From Vicugna vicugna (Eukaryota): a stretch of 64,000 nucleotides of DNA. The notes beneath the pieces are model-generated. The model was given only the letters and a program-made list of their open reading frames with translations. It was not told the DNA's origin and searched no databases. Position 1 is the stretch's first letter. Every line of letters starts with the position of its first letter. Below are positions 12,150-23,296 of the stretch, piece by piece. The DNA lies in the NCBI GenBank assembly GCA_013265495.1, contig MU057887.1:3321576-3385575 (forward strand), read 5' to 3'. Made by a program: the position numbers and the translations under genes.

Positions 12150-13200
12150 GAGCGTTCATTTTAAGTGCAGTTGACGTAATCAGAGAGTGGGGTGGGTACT
12201 GCCTGCTTTGCGGATTTTGTTAAAAGCTCCGGGTGTGTGTGTGTGTGTCCACGCACCTGGCCGGTCTGTGAGGAGGTTTATGCCCACGTACAACTGCGCT
12301 CCTCTTCTTGGGCTGTGTGAGCCTCCCTGCGTGTTACAGCACACTTGCCAACTCTGTTCTTTAACTCCTATGCGCATCCACTTATTTCTCTCTGGATCTT
12401 AAACTTCTAAGACAGACACGGGCAATAACACACGGGACCTTTTCGCGACATCCTTCTCTGCATTGTGACCGTCCCGCCCCGAGCGCCAGCTGCTGGGCCT
12501 TTTGCCGCACTCGCCCGTTCGCCGTCATTAGTTCATACTTGCCGTCTCGGGTCTGTGTGAGTATTTCAGCCTCAGCTCCACGTTGTCCGATGATAATGTC
12601 TCGGTCCCTTCTCTCCTGTGGTTCGCACCTGCCTGGTGGTCTTTGTGGGCCTCTTGTCATCTTCCCCAGTTGGCTACTAGTGATGTATTTACTCAGCCAC
12701 CAAACAGCACACAGACAAGCGCAGCTCAGGGAACGTCCACCGCCCGGACACATGTGCGTCCAGACTAGCACAGAGAACGTCGCCAGCAGCCCGAAGCCCC
12801 TCCTTTTCTCTGCACTTCCCCAGAGACAACTGATACCTTAACTTTATCAGCACAGATTCCTTTCTGAGCCCAGACGGAATCCTACGATGTTTCATATTTT
12901 CTGCTTCAGAGCCTTGTGCACAGCATCCTAGTCTCCTGGGCCACTGAGAGTGGTTATCGGCTGTCTGTGTTCATTGCTGGGTAATGTTCCTCCGTGAAGG
13001 CTCATCCTTCTCCAAGTCACCCATGCTGCCGACAGCAGGTGGACACTAGGGTCGTCTCCTTCCTTCATCTTTGTGAGTGGGGCTGGCGTGGACACTCTCA
13101 GGCACGTGCTCTGGGGAGTATACAGGCGTCTCTGGACTGGTACAGCGGCTCGCCGGGTGAGGCCCGTCACCGTAGCCAGACGACTATGTGGTTGCGCAGT
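12150..13200 (-). mobile_element. Ancient L1 (L1ME-like) fragments, antisense
   Basis: cagagaacgtcgccagcagcccgaagcccctcc...ttcattgctgggtaatgttcctccgtg...ggtggacactagggtcgtctcc. Confidence 0.55.
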
Positions 13201-13722
13201 TGCTGCTCCCGCGAGCTCTGCCTGGGACCTGCTTCCCGCATCCTCGCCAGCGATCCGCAGAGTCTCCCCAAGCCAGTCTCCTCGTCGGGGCTCCCTCCCT
13301 GTCACACCCGCCCCGCCGCCCACCGCTTCTGCTGAACAGCCCTCTTTACTCCATTAACTTAGGTGAATAGGAGGGCGGAGAGGAAGGGAACAATAAAATT
13401 ACATGTTGATCCAAAAGACTGCAAGAAAAGGAGAGGAAAAGGAACCTAAGTCATGTGGGGCAACAGAAAATAAATAATATGTTGGCCATTATGACTCAAA
13501 TGTCTCAGAAGTAGCGTTTAAGTTTTTAAATAAAGTTTGTTAGGCAGAAATAAATAAACGGTGTGCTGCACAGAAGTTACACAATTTAAATATAAGAACA
13601 TAGAGAAATTAAAGCATAAGTTTGGGAAAAAATACCGCTAACCAAGAGGAAGCCAGTATCGCTCCGTTAGTACCCAACACGGTAGACTTTTAAGACAAGA
13701 AACGGTAATGAGAAACGCAAAA

Positions 13723-13867
13723 GGGGGAGGGCCCAGCTCAGTGGAGAGTGCGTGCCCGGCACGTAGGAGGCCCTGGGCTCAACCCCTGTACCTCCGTTAA
13801 AATAAACAAGTAAACCTGATTAGCCCCCAAAGTATTTTTTAATTAAAATTAAAAAAACAAACAAAAA
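13723..13867 (+). mobile_element. Vic-1-like tRNA-derived SINE (camelid-specific family)
   Basis: ggggagggcccagctcagtggagagtgcgtgcc...gaggccctgggctcaacccctgtacctccgttaaaataaacaagtaaacctgattagccccc plus A-rich tail; degenerate Pol III A and B boxes. Confidence 0.8.
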
Positions 13868-14079
13868 GGACATTCTGTAGTGATGAAAATGTCAATCCAC
13901 CAGAAATACACAATAAAACTCAACTGCACGCCTCTGATAAAAGATCATCAGAGTCCGTAAGTAAAAAACGGCAAAGTGAAGACAGGAACGAGGAGACGCG
14001 TCATCCTGGTGAGACGCTGTAGCCAGCCTCCCTCGAGCCTCCCTCTTGTTATTGAAACAAAAGTCATGGATGGAGCCGA

Positions 14080-14283
14080 CCCGGGGCCCAGACGAGGGCT
14101 GTGGGTCAAATCCCGCTCTCCACGCGCTTTTGTAAATAAAGTTTTACTGAAACGGCAGCACCCACCTGAGTGCGTAGTCCACCCTGCTTTTGCACCGTGA
14201 CAGCAAAGCTAAGTAGCTGCATCACCTGCAAAGTCTGAGACATTTACTTTCCGACTCTTTATGGAGAAGGGTTGCCAGCCCTG
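14080..14283. mobile_element. MER58A-like hAT-Charlie non-autonomous DNA transposon
   Basis: ttttgtaaataaagttttactgaaac...aagtctgagacatttactttccgactctttatggagaagggttgccagccctg matches remembered MER58A consensus. Confidence 0.75.
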
Positions 14284-14627
14284 GGGAGAGTCCTGACAGC
14301 ACAAGTACCAGTGGTCCCTGCGGACGTGGACACGACACTGTGCCCAGAACAGACCGCTCTCTTCTCAAAACGTTCAGACTTCGAGTGTTTCCTCAGGTTT
14401 CCCACGTGGTGGGTCATAAAGAATTCTCCATAAATTTCAAACACTTAAATTATTCCACTTTTGTTTTCTGCCCACAGCAGCATTAGCCTAAAAATCAGTA
14501 AATTAAAGCTATCTAGAAAATGTGTGAATGTTTAGAAGTTAAGTTAGTACACTACTAAATAACCCATAGCTCAAAGAAGGAGGCATAAAGAAATTAGAAA
14601 ATATTTTAAATGCATGATTGTAAAATG

Positions 14628-15523
14628 TGTTAAAATTCAACAGAGTAAATTTTAAAGCCATCATTGGTTTTATTCAGCAATTCACAGACGGGGCAGCAGC
14701 CCACGCAGTGGACAGAAGGGCGCTCTGAGCAGCTGTTCGGAGGAGGACTTACAGGCAGAAGGGAGCGTAACAGAGAAGAGCACATGTGACCCCACGCTGG
14801 ACCTGCCCCTTTGGCTCTGCCCTGGGCTCTGGGTCCCGGGCCCAGTCGGGCTGGTTCTGCTCCTCCTGTGAGAGAATGCCGCCTGGAGCCTGAGACCCAC
14901 AGGAGGGCCGGTTCCCAGGGCTCTGACCTTTAAGGGGATAACACTTTCCATTCATATAAAGATGAAAAGTTGCAAAATAGAAAATGGCATTTCTCTTGCT
15001 GAAGGTTTGCAGGGACACCACGAGCTGACCCACATGGACAGCCACAAGAACAAAGGATTCCAACACCACAAAGTTCGCAGCAACCAGCCACACGCCCTTC
15101 CCTGTTAGTATAGAAGGAGCCTGAGCTCTGACGGGGAGGATGGTTCTCCAGGACATGAGTCCCCATCTTCTTGGACTGCCGGCTTTCCAAATAAAGTCAT
15201 TCTTCCTTGCCCCAACACCCCTCGTCTCCTGATTTACTGGTCGTGTGCTGAGCACAGTGAGTTTGGACTCAGTGACAGGAGCAGAGCAAGGATGTTATTC
15301 AGGCAAAGAAGCGTCTTGGTTACAGCGCAGTCACCTTCCTGTAGGGCCGGCACGGCTCCGTCAGGCAGACGACCTCCCAGGGCCGCCCGGGAGGCTCCTG
15401 CCGGGCTGGTCTAAGACGCCATTTCTGGGAGAACCGAGACTGTAATTCAGCTGAGTCTCGGTTTGGTGATGTGGGGCTTAGCATAAGCAACTCCCTTGTG
15501 GGCTTGCTGTCTTGTTTTTAAGA
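14628..15523 (-). mobile_element. Solo ERV1-class LTR (MER89-like), split by a younger LTR
   Basis: Termini tgttaaaa...ttttaaga, 4-bp TSD aatg/aacg (one mismatch), minus-strand AATAAA (tttatt near 14670). Confidence 0.6.
14766..15277 (+). mobile_element. Solo ERV1-class LTR (MER41-like group), 512 bp
   Basis: Termini cgtaac...gtgaca, perfect 4-bp TSD ggag (14762-14765, 15278-15281), TATA-like tatagaa near 15109 and AATAAA near 15190. Confidence 0.75.
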
Positions 15524-18189
15524 AACGTAACTTATGCACAGCTTAGATAGTAGTGGGGAGGAAATGTGTATTCTTCAGCACTCACACCACCAAAGACCAG
15601 AAGCTGAAAGTTGGTAATCCAGCTCCGTCTCTCCAAGAGCTGGAAGACGCCCAGAAGAGGCTCGGAGAACGCAGAGGGAGACTGGGAAGTCAGCGCAGCG
15701 CAGACGGTCGTCCAACAGGAAAATCGACCAACCGAACGATAGCTCCTCTAAAACTCTTATCACAAGCTTGATAAAAATACAAAGGTAAAATGTGCACGTT
15801 ACCAAAAGCAGCAATGAACAACGGGCATCTCCGTTGTTCCTGATCCTGAGAAACAAAACAGATGATCGAAGAAGGCTGTGAACAGCTCTGTGCCGGTCAC
15901 TGTGACAGCTTGGACAAAGTGTACCAGAGCAGCCAAAAAACAAAAAAGCACGATTCAGCAAAGCTGACAGAAGAAGAAACAGAAGGGAAGCTCTGATGCC
16001 CAGAAAATAAATTTAATCTGCAATGGAAAACCTCACCACAAAAAACAAAACAAACCGACCCAGACAATTCCACCAGCAAATTCCTCCAGTCGCTTAAGCG
16101 TGAGTGACGGCAGCCCGGCAACCTCTTCCCGAAGCAGGGTGACCAGCGGCATGTCCCAAAGAGTCAGGAGGCCCGCGCGGCTGGGACCCCAAAAGCTGGC
16201 AGTTAATTTACAAAGCGGGAATACCGCAGGACGATCTGTCTCGTGAGGACGCACGTTGAAACCCTCGACGAAAGATTAGTAGATTGAACTGAGCAATTTG
16301 CAGTGTAGGGTACGTCCGATCAAGGGCGTTTAACTCCCGGCGTGTGATGCAACGGCGGCCGCACGTCAGAGGCGATTAGCGCGCTCCGCCCCCTCGGCAG
16401 CCAACGGGAAAGGCTCAGCGGTCCCAGCCGCAGGTGCGAGCGTACCTGACAAAATGCAGCGTCTGCTCCTGCTCAGACTTCTCAGCAGACTCGGCAGCAG
16501 AGCGCGCGTGAGGAAGGCGGCGGCGGCGAGCGAACATACAGGAGAAGGCTCGGTGAAGGAGCCGGGACCCCGTCGGCTGCCCACTCGCCCAGCCAGCCCC
16601 GCGGGGCGGGAGCGGCCCTGCTGGCAGTGGGAGGGCGTGAGGCTTTCGCCAAATTGTGACTCCTTACCCCACCTGCATCACCTTGAAACATTCATTCCCG
16701 GGGGAGCGTGGGTCTGAATTCTGTGAAGGACAAAGCCAAAAAAAGGCTTGTAGAGGAGCACACGGGAGAACGTTCTTACGACCTGTCACAGGACAGGGAT
16801 TTTCAAAGAACGTCCACCACAAGCAGGAAGTACACACGGGCAGACGTTCAAATTGAGCACCCATGTCCTTTAAACACGGCTCGAAGAGCGGGGGCAAGCA
16901 GGCCGGAGAGACAGGAGACGTCTGCAATCCTGCCCACCGTGGACTTGCAGCCAAAGCACACGAAGAACCAGTACAAACCAGTAAGACGAGAAAAGCTGAG
17001 TCCGCGGAGAGGTGCGAAGGCCGGAGACAGGCGCTCCACCAGGAGGACGCTGTGCCCCCACGGTGTGCAAAGGCCCTCGGCCCGTGAGCCTTCACGGTAA
17101 CGTGAGCTCCTCCCGGTGCCACCCCGATGCCCTCCGGCCGAGGGGCCGGCGTGAGACCACAGGCACCGCCCAGCGCTGGGGGGCAGGGCGGCACCTGGAG
17201 CGCTCCCCCGCCTCGTGAACTGTAGCTGCCACAGCCCTTGGAAACCTGCTTCCCAGTGATGCCCAAAGATGGAAACACAGCTTCTCCTTGACCAGCAGGC
17301 CCTCCGCTGGGTTTGCACCCCCCCCCTTGTCCCCACCCCACTCCGCATAGCTAAACCTGAGACATCTCCTCTGAGATGCCCACTGGGGCAGGAGAGGTAA
17401 ACACAGTGCACCCATAACTGCATGCACGGCAGCCACCATCTGCCACTGGGCACACCAGCACCCCTGAGCTCACGACCAAGTGGAAGAAGCCAGGCTGAAG
17501 GTGCAAACGGCCCCCCCGTGTACGCACAGTTCAAGGGCAGGCAAAGCTCCTGTGAGGTCACGGGAGCTGGCCACCCTGGCCGGGCCGCGTCTGGGAGGTG
17601 CCAGGAGCGTCCACCTCGTTTTCCGGCTGCCGGCTGCTCACCCAGCAGGGGCGGAGCTGCACTAGGGCCCCGGCTGGCCGGCCCCAAGAGGCCCCGGCAG
17701 AGAAGACGCCGGCCTTCCCTGGCCCACCCTTCCCTCTCCCCAGATCCACATTACTGAGAGACACAGAGATGTGCCTCATTAGCTGATGTGAACGGGGTAT
17801 TTGTCTCCGGCGCAGGGTCTCGTAGGAACGGTTCCTGCCTGCCCACTTGATTCCTGGTGGCGGCTGGTGCGAGGACCACAGCTCCTCCACGGCAGGGTCT
17901 CTGTGTCTCAGACGGGGCGTATTCGAGGGCTGACTCCCCATCGCAGGGCCTCTGGCGCCCTCGTCTTCCCGTCGTGAGCAGCGTGCTGGTGCACAACTCT
18001 TGCCTGTTGGAAGTCTCTGATGTCATTGACCTGGGCGCCTCCAGGAAGCTGCCGGGAAGTCACCCTGCCAGCCTGGGTCAAGGCGCCTCCACCCGCTGAG
18101 CGCGGGCTGGCTGTCACTGCCGGAGACGGCACCTGTTCGGCCGGGGACAGCGTGGCACCTCCGGTGGTCGCAGGAGCGCGATCCTCCTG

Positions 18190-18520
18190 TTGTCTGTGGT
18201 CTAGGAGGTCTCTGGTCCAACCCTTGCCTGTTTGGATGGTCCTTTCTAGGTTGCCATGCTATGCTCCTGGCCCATTTTTAAGTATTTCCGTCGCTTTCCT
18301 ACTGACTTGCAGGGACACTGTCTCTGCAGAGAACACCTGCTCTTCGTCCTGTGCACCCAAGTGTTTCCCTCCTTGCTGGCATTTCGACTTTATGTTGGCA
18401 AACAGAAGGCATAAATACTTATTTGTTCAAGCGTCAGATACTTACCCCTGGCTCGCAGTGCTCTGGAATGCCTGTCCAAACCTGATATTGTATCTGAATT
18501 TTAAACTTCATGCAAGAAAA
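18190..18520 (-). mobile_element. Ancient L1 fragment, antisense
   Basis: ctcctggcccatttttaagtatttccgtcgctttcctactgacttgcaggga resembles antisense L1M 3' ORF2. Confidence 0.5.
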
Positions 18521-18770
18521 TTTTTTCTCATTTTCTTTCATTATGAGAATTCCATAAATACCATCTACACCTATTAGACGCAGAAAATAACATTACAACT
18601 TCATTAGGAGCCAACCAGCGTTAAGTGTCCTAAGCGCTTCATCAGCACGTGGGGGATACACCCTACACTTCAAAATGACGTGCGAGGGGCTCCTGAGCTG
18701 CAGTCCCCTGTCAGCGTTGGAGTCTCTGCTCCTCGAGCCACCAGGGACCTAGTGCGTAGCCTCCTCTTCT

Positions 18771-19405
18771 TGTTTTTTTTTTTTATTGAAATATAGTTTA
18801 TTTACAGCGTTAGTTTCAAGGGTAGAGCAAAGTGATTCAATTATGCATGTACCTACATACAGATTTTTCTTTTCAGCTTCTTTTCCGTTATAGGTTGTTA
18901 CAAGAAACTGAATGCAGTGCCCTGCGCTCTACAGTAGCTCTTTGCTGTTTATCTATTTTGTTTATATATAGGAATGTGTATATGTTAGTCCCAAACCCCT
19001 AACTTATTGCTCCCCACTCTTTCCCCTTTGGTAACTTACCAAGTTTGTTCTCTATGTCCATGAGTCTGGTTTTGGTTTGTAAATAGAATTTGTATCCTTT
19101 TTTTGAGATTCCACATATAAGTGATATCGTGTGTTATTTTCCTTTCTCTTTCTGGCCTACTTCACTTAGAATGACGATCTCCAGGTCCATCCACGTTGCT
19201 GCAAGTGGCATTACTTTATTCTTTTTCATGGCAGAGTAGTATTCCATTGTGTAAATGACCACAGCTTCTTTACCCAGTCCCCTGTCATGGACATTCAGGC
19301 TGTTTCCCTGTCATGGCTGCTGTAAACAGTGCTGCTGTGAACACTGGGGTGCAGGTGTCTTTTTGAACTGCAGTTCCCTGCGGATGTACACCCAGGAGTG
19401 GGACT
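18771..19405 (-). mobile_element. Cetartiodactyl/camelid L1 3' end (least diverged copy in the window)
   Basis: poly-T, ttattgaaatatagttt..., gattccacatataagtgatatc, ctccaggtccatccacgttgctgcaagtggcatt, tacacccaggagtgggactgctg. Confidence 0.9.
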
Positions 19406-19839
19406 GCTGTCCTCTTCTTGTTTTTCTGCACCATCTGGCCCACCCTAGAGATGCAGGCAGTCAGAACGATGCTTCTGGATAATCATCCCCCAGCAGATGG
19501 GGCAGGGATGCTGTCGGTACCGCGTCAGGCTCTCGATGCGGGAACTCTCACCCGGAAGAGCCCAGCGGGCAGGTCGCGGGCACGTCCCTCCTTCCCCTGC
19601 TGTGTGGCCGCCTCGAGGGGCTGAGCGGCCACGTAGGCTCTTCTTTTCCTTCCTGCACCTCCAGCCGTTGCAGACTCTGATCTGCCAGGGGGACCCACGG
19701 CCTGGACGGTGCTGCTGGGGGGCTGGGGTGACATCCCGGCACTGCTGCCAGGAGGAGCTCCGGGCTCAGCTCTCCCGGGCCTGAGGACGAGGTGCCACCT
19801 GAGCTTCCCAGCCCCTTGTCCCCTCAGCGTCCTCTCCCC

Positions 19840-20125
19840 GGCGAAATCAATTATCTCATCGCTACAGTCAGTTAAAAGTGAAATTAAATGGATTCTGAGC
19901 ATTAATAACAGGCTGTAACAATGACGCGGGTGCCTGATGGAAACACGTTTCTTTTTTTGGTCGGGGGTGAGTCAGGTGGGAGAACACAAGGGGGAGTTTC
20001 AGCCGCCGAATTAAAATGAGTATTGATTGCACAGCTGATAATTAATGATGGCAATTTTTGATTAAAAATGAGTTCATTTGGCAAACAAGTGGAGTGTGGC
20101 AATATATTACATCTAAAAATAGACC
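19840..20125. promoter_or_regulatory. Candidate conserved enhancer module (partly duplicated at 24654-24879)
   Basis: AT-rich non-repeat island with AACAATG (19917), TGAGTCA (19968), CAGCTG, TAATTAAT, TGATTA, GCAAACA (20081). Confidence 0.5.
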
Positions 20126-20959
20126 GAGAAGAAAGGGCCTGTCACCCGCGGGACCACAGTGAGCGCCCGACCCGCGCGCTGAGGCCCCTGCGTCTGAAAC
20201 GAGCGTCTCTGCGCGGGAGCCCCCGGAGCTCCGGTGCCGAGAGGCGGGGGCGCACTGCCGCCGCCTGCTGAGAGCAGTGGCGGTGAAGCGCCGGCCACGA
20301 GCCGCCGGCCAGAGCGGGGGCCGCGGAGGAGAGCCACGAGGCGTGCGGTGTTTCTCTCTGGAAGCCCGGAGTCTCGGGTCCAGCAGGAACGGGACTCAGT
20401 AGAGTATTAATCTTGGAAGCACTGAAGCGACGGCGCCCCCAGCAACGGGCACCTCATCCACACACGTGTGCACATACACACACACGAGGAATAAAAGGCC
20501 GTGTTTGCACGGCTCAGCTCAGGTGGAAGTGAGCCGCCTTCTGGGTCAGAGCAGCTGAAGCGCTGGGTCAGACGTTCCCCCCGCATGTGCAGTTACGGTG
20601 CACTGCTGATAAAGGCCTGCTGACCGGCAGGGTCCAGGAGCGGGGACGGGAGGGACCGTCAGGGTCGGCCAGCCCTGGGGCAGGGACGGCAGCGGGGCTG
20701 GAAGGCGAGTCAGCCCCCGGTGCCCAGTGGCCGCGCTGGGCTCTGTGCGGGGGGAGAGGCTGGGGCCTGTGCCCTGAAAGTGCAGGCGTTGAGCATGGAG
20801 ACTTCCCTGAGCCCGGGACGTCCCGAACGGAAACGAATAAACAAAAACACATGGGCTAGAGAAAGCCCAGTGTCCACAGGAAAGAGGCGCTTTTGTCAGC
20901 CATGCTCTGAGCGAAACAGACGAAAATAAAACAAGTAAGACTCCACCACGGGACTCAGA

Positions 20960-21185
20960 ACAGCCGGCGGGAACCCGGGCGGCAGCGGCGGCGGCTGCGG
21001 CTGCGGGAGGTGAGGCCGCGCAGGGGGCTCACTGAGAGCAGCAAGTGTCCTCCCTGGTTAACGGTGGGGGAGCACCTCGTGCGTGGAGGGGGGGATATGG
21101 GGAAATTCTGTGTCTTCCCCACGATTTTGCTGTAACCTAAAACTTCTCTTAAAATTGTCTCAAAAATAAAAATAACTTTTTTAAA
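20960..21185 (+). mobile_element. L1MC-type 3' end
   Basis: gatatggggaaattctgtgtcttccccacgattttgctgtaacctaaaacttctcttaaaa. Confidence 0.75.
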
Positions 21186-22374
21186 GATCCCCCAACCGCT
21201 CACCCCGCACGCCCTCACCTCAACCCAGACGCGCACCGAAGCTGCTTTGTATTTGGAGTTCTGTCTTGTGCTGCCCACCCCCCACCCCCGAAGTGAAAAG
21301 AAAGAAGAGCCAAACACTTGGCTTCCAGGGGGCTGGGCGGGCGGCGCGCCGAGCAACTAGCAGGCGCGGGCGCCTGAAGTGTGAGTCACGGGAAGCAGAG
21401 AAACACAGAATCAGGCCAGCGAAGCCTGAGGGTACTAGAAGCACCCAGTTCAGGGTTAAATGCGTGGGGTTAATGAGCTCAGAGGAGAGGGGGTGGGAGG
21501 CGTGAAGGGGGACAAGGGAGGTCGGAACTGAAAATGTGTCTTTATACGAGAAGGAAACAGAACTTCTAGGACTTTGGAACACGATTTTGGAAATTTAAAA
21601 CTGACTGCCAATGCCTCACTGCTAGGTGCAAAGCGGTGTCACTCAGGAGTTTCCCACAGAGACGGAAGATGCAGGAGGGAGGAAGAAACCTGAAGGATGG
21701 ATTAAGGAGGCTGATGCGTCTGCAGGAGTCACAGAGGGAACTCGGGAAGAATGCCGGGGAGCAAGGGTTTAAGTAGACAAGGTGAAAGGAACAGCACGAA
21801 AGCGGAAACGCAGGGCATCAGTGCCTCATCCCAGGCGCGCGTGGTCCCGGGCAGGACCAGCTCGGGGCGCCCGCACCTCAGCGCGTCCCGCTGAAAACAC
21901 GAAGCGCCAGGGCAACGCGATGGGAAAACGGCCGCGGAGAAGGACGGCTCCCGGGCCGGGGGAGGGACTCCAGGCAGACCCCCCAGCAGCCCTGGAGCCC
22001 GGAAGACAGCGGAGCGAGGTCCCCAAAGAGCTGGAGGAAAGTGCGGTGAAACAGGGTGGCCGTCCCACGGCAGCGCTTCTGCTCGGGTCGGAGGGACGGG
22101 AGTGTTTTCCGGTGAACAGAGCCGAGAGCTTGCGAGCGCTGACTGCACCACCGAGGAAGTTCAAAGCCACGCACTTCAGGAAAGAAGAAGACGATTTAGG
22201 AAGGGAAGCGGGCCACGTGGCCTGCCGGCTGCCACTCGTCTTCTTCTGCTCTCTGTTCCCTCTTCAGCTCGCAGCACAGGCTGTGGTCAGTTAGCAGGAA
22301 CAAGCCAGGCGGTGGCAGCGCCACCCCTGTGTTCACCGACCCTCTGCCTGTCCGCAGATGTTCCACGGCTCAAC

Positions 22375-22615
22375 CCCTCACTGCATTCTAGGGCCTTTGC
22401 AAATGTCACCTTGGCAGAGACGCCTCCAGCCAACCCACCATCACCGGCCAGTCCCTCCGCAGTTTTGTCGTCCGCGGAGGTCGCATGCTGCGCCTCCAGT
22501 GTCTGCCTCTGGCCGGGGGGTAGAAGCCCCCCCACCTCAGGTGCCGTGCTTGGCCCACGGCTGTCTCCTCACCACTTAGACCAGAGCCTGACACCTTCAG
22601 GAGCTTGACGAACCC
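22375..22615 (+). mobile_element. L2 3' fragment (duplicated at about 25741-25981)
   Basis: caaatgtcaccttggcagagacgcctcc...ctgtctcctcaccacttagaccagagcctgacac. Confidence 0.55.
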
Positions 22616-22629
22616 CCACCGGGTGAGCG

Positions 22630-22785
22630 AACTACCTCACAACATCTTCACAAGCGCCTCGGAGTAGGGACTGTTGGCACACCAACCGTGAAGGCGAGAA
22701 CCCCAAAGCCCGACAGACCTGGTCACTTGCTCAGAACTAGGACCTCTGATTGGATCCCAGCCACGTGACTCCAGAATGTGACAGT
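22630..22785 (-). mobile_element. MIR fragment (duplicated at about 25996-26151)
   Basis: tcttcacaagcgcctcggagtaggg...ggtcacttgctcag...gatcccagccacgtgactccaga. Confidence 0.45.
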
Positions 22786-23088
22786 GTAGGCACGTGGAGA
22801 CCTGGCCCGTAAGACCACTGGGGTAGAAGCAGCAGGGCCTCCCCAAGGCAGGACCAGAGCGGTCCTCCGCCCCCTGCCTTGCCCGAAACACCTCTCATCT
22901 CCACGCCCCCCCCAGGCCCTGCCTTCACTGTTCTCAGGTTGGTGCCCAGCCCTTCCTTTGTTCAGGCTGCCTCTCCGACCAGAACCCTCCCACTAGGAGT
23001 GTGCTCCATCCAACACAGCCTCCCCTGAGCCCCCAGAACCGCCTCAGGTCCAGGTAGCAGCCAGCACGACGGCCTGCTTCCCTGCGGG

Positions 23089-23296
23089 NNNNNNNNNNNN
23101 NNNNNNNNNNNNNNNNNNNNNNNNNNNNNNNNNNNNNNNNNNNNNNNNNNNNNNNNNNNNNNNNNNNNNNNNNNNNNNNNNNNNNNNNNNNNNNNNNNNN
23201 NNNNNNNNNNNNNNNNNNNNNNNNNNNNNNNNNNNNNNNNNNNNNNNNNNNNNNNNNNNNNNNNNNNNNNNNNNNNNNNNNNNNNNNNNNNNNNNN
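23089..23296. other. Assembly gap (208 N) beside a GGA/GGAT purine-rich repeat
   Basis: N run; right flank tgggtgggtggagagatagagggagggaggga. Confidence 0.99.

Larger units (their letters stand above)
13340..17660 (+). mobile_element. Long ancient LINE-1 (ORF2 to 3' UTR relic) hosting several nested insertions
   Basis: Collinear L1 ORF2-like tracts: gtagacttttaagacaag, ggacattctgtagtgatgaaaatgtcaatccaccag, ataaagaaattagaaaatattttaaa, aagctgacagaagaagaaacagaa, gacccagacaattccaccagcaaattcctcca; distal part strongly GC-shifted. Confidence 0.75.

Noticed and set aside
13723..13800. tRNA gene
   Set aside because: A and B boxes are degenerate and followed by a SINE body and A-rich tail; it is a tRNA-derived SINE
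20555..21942. Intron loss / processed-copy explanation for the segment missing in copy 2
   Set aside because: Ends are not GT-AG on either strand; no poly-A or TSD; the copy is in tandem
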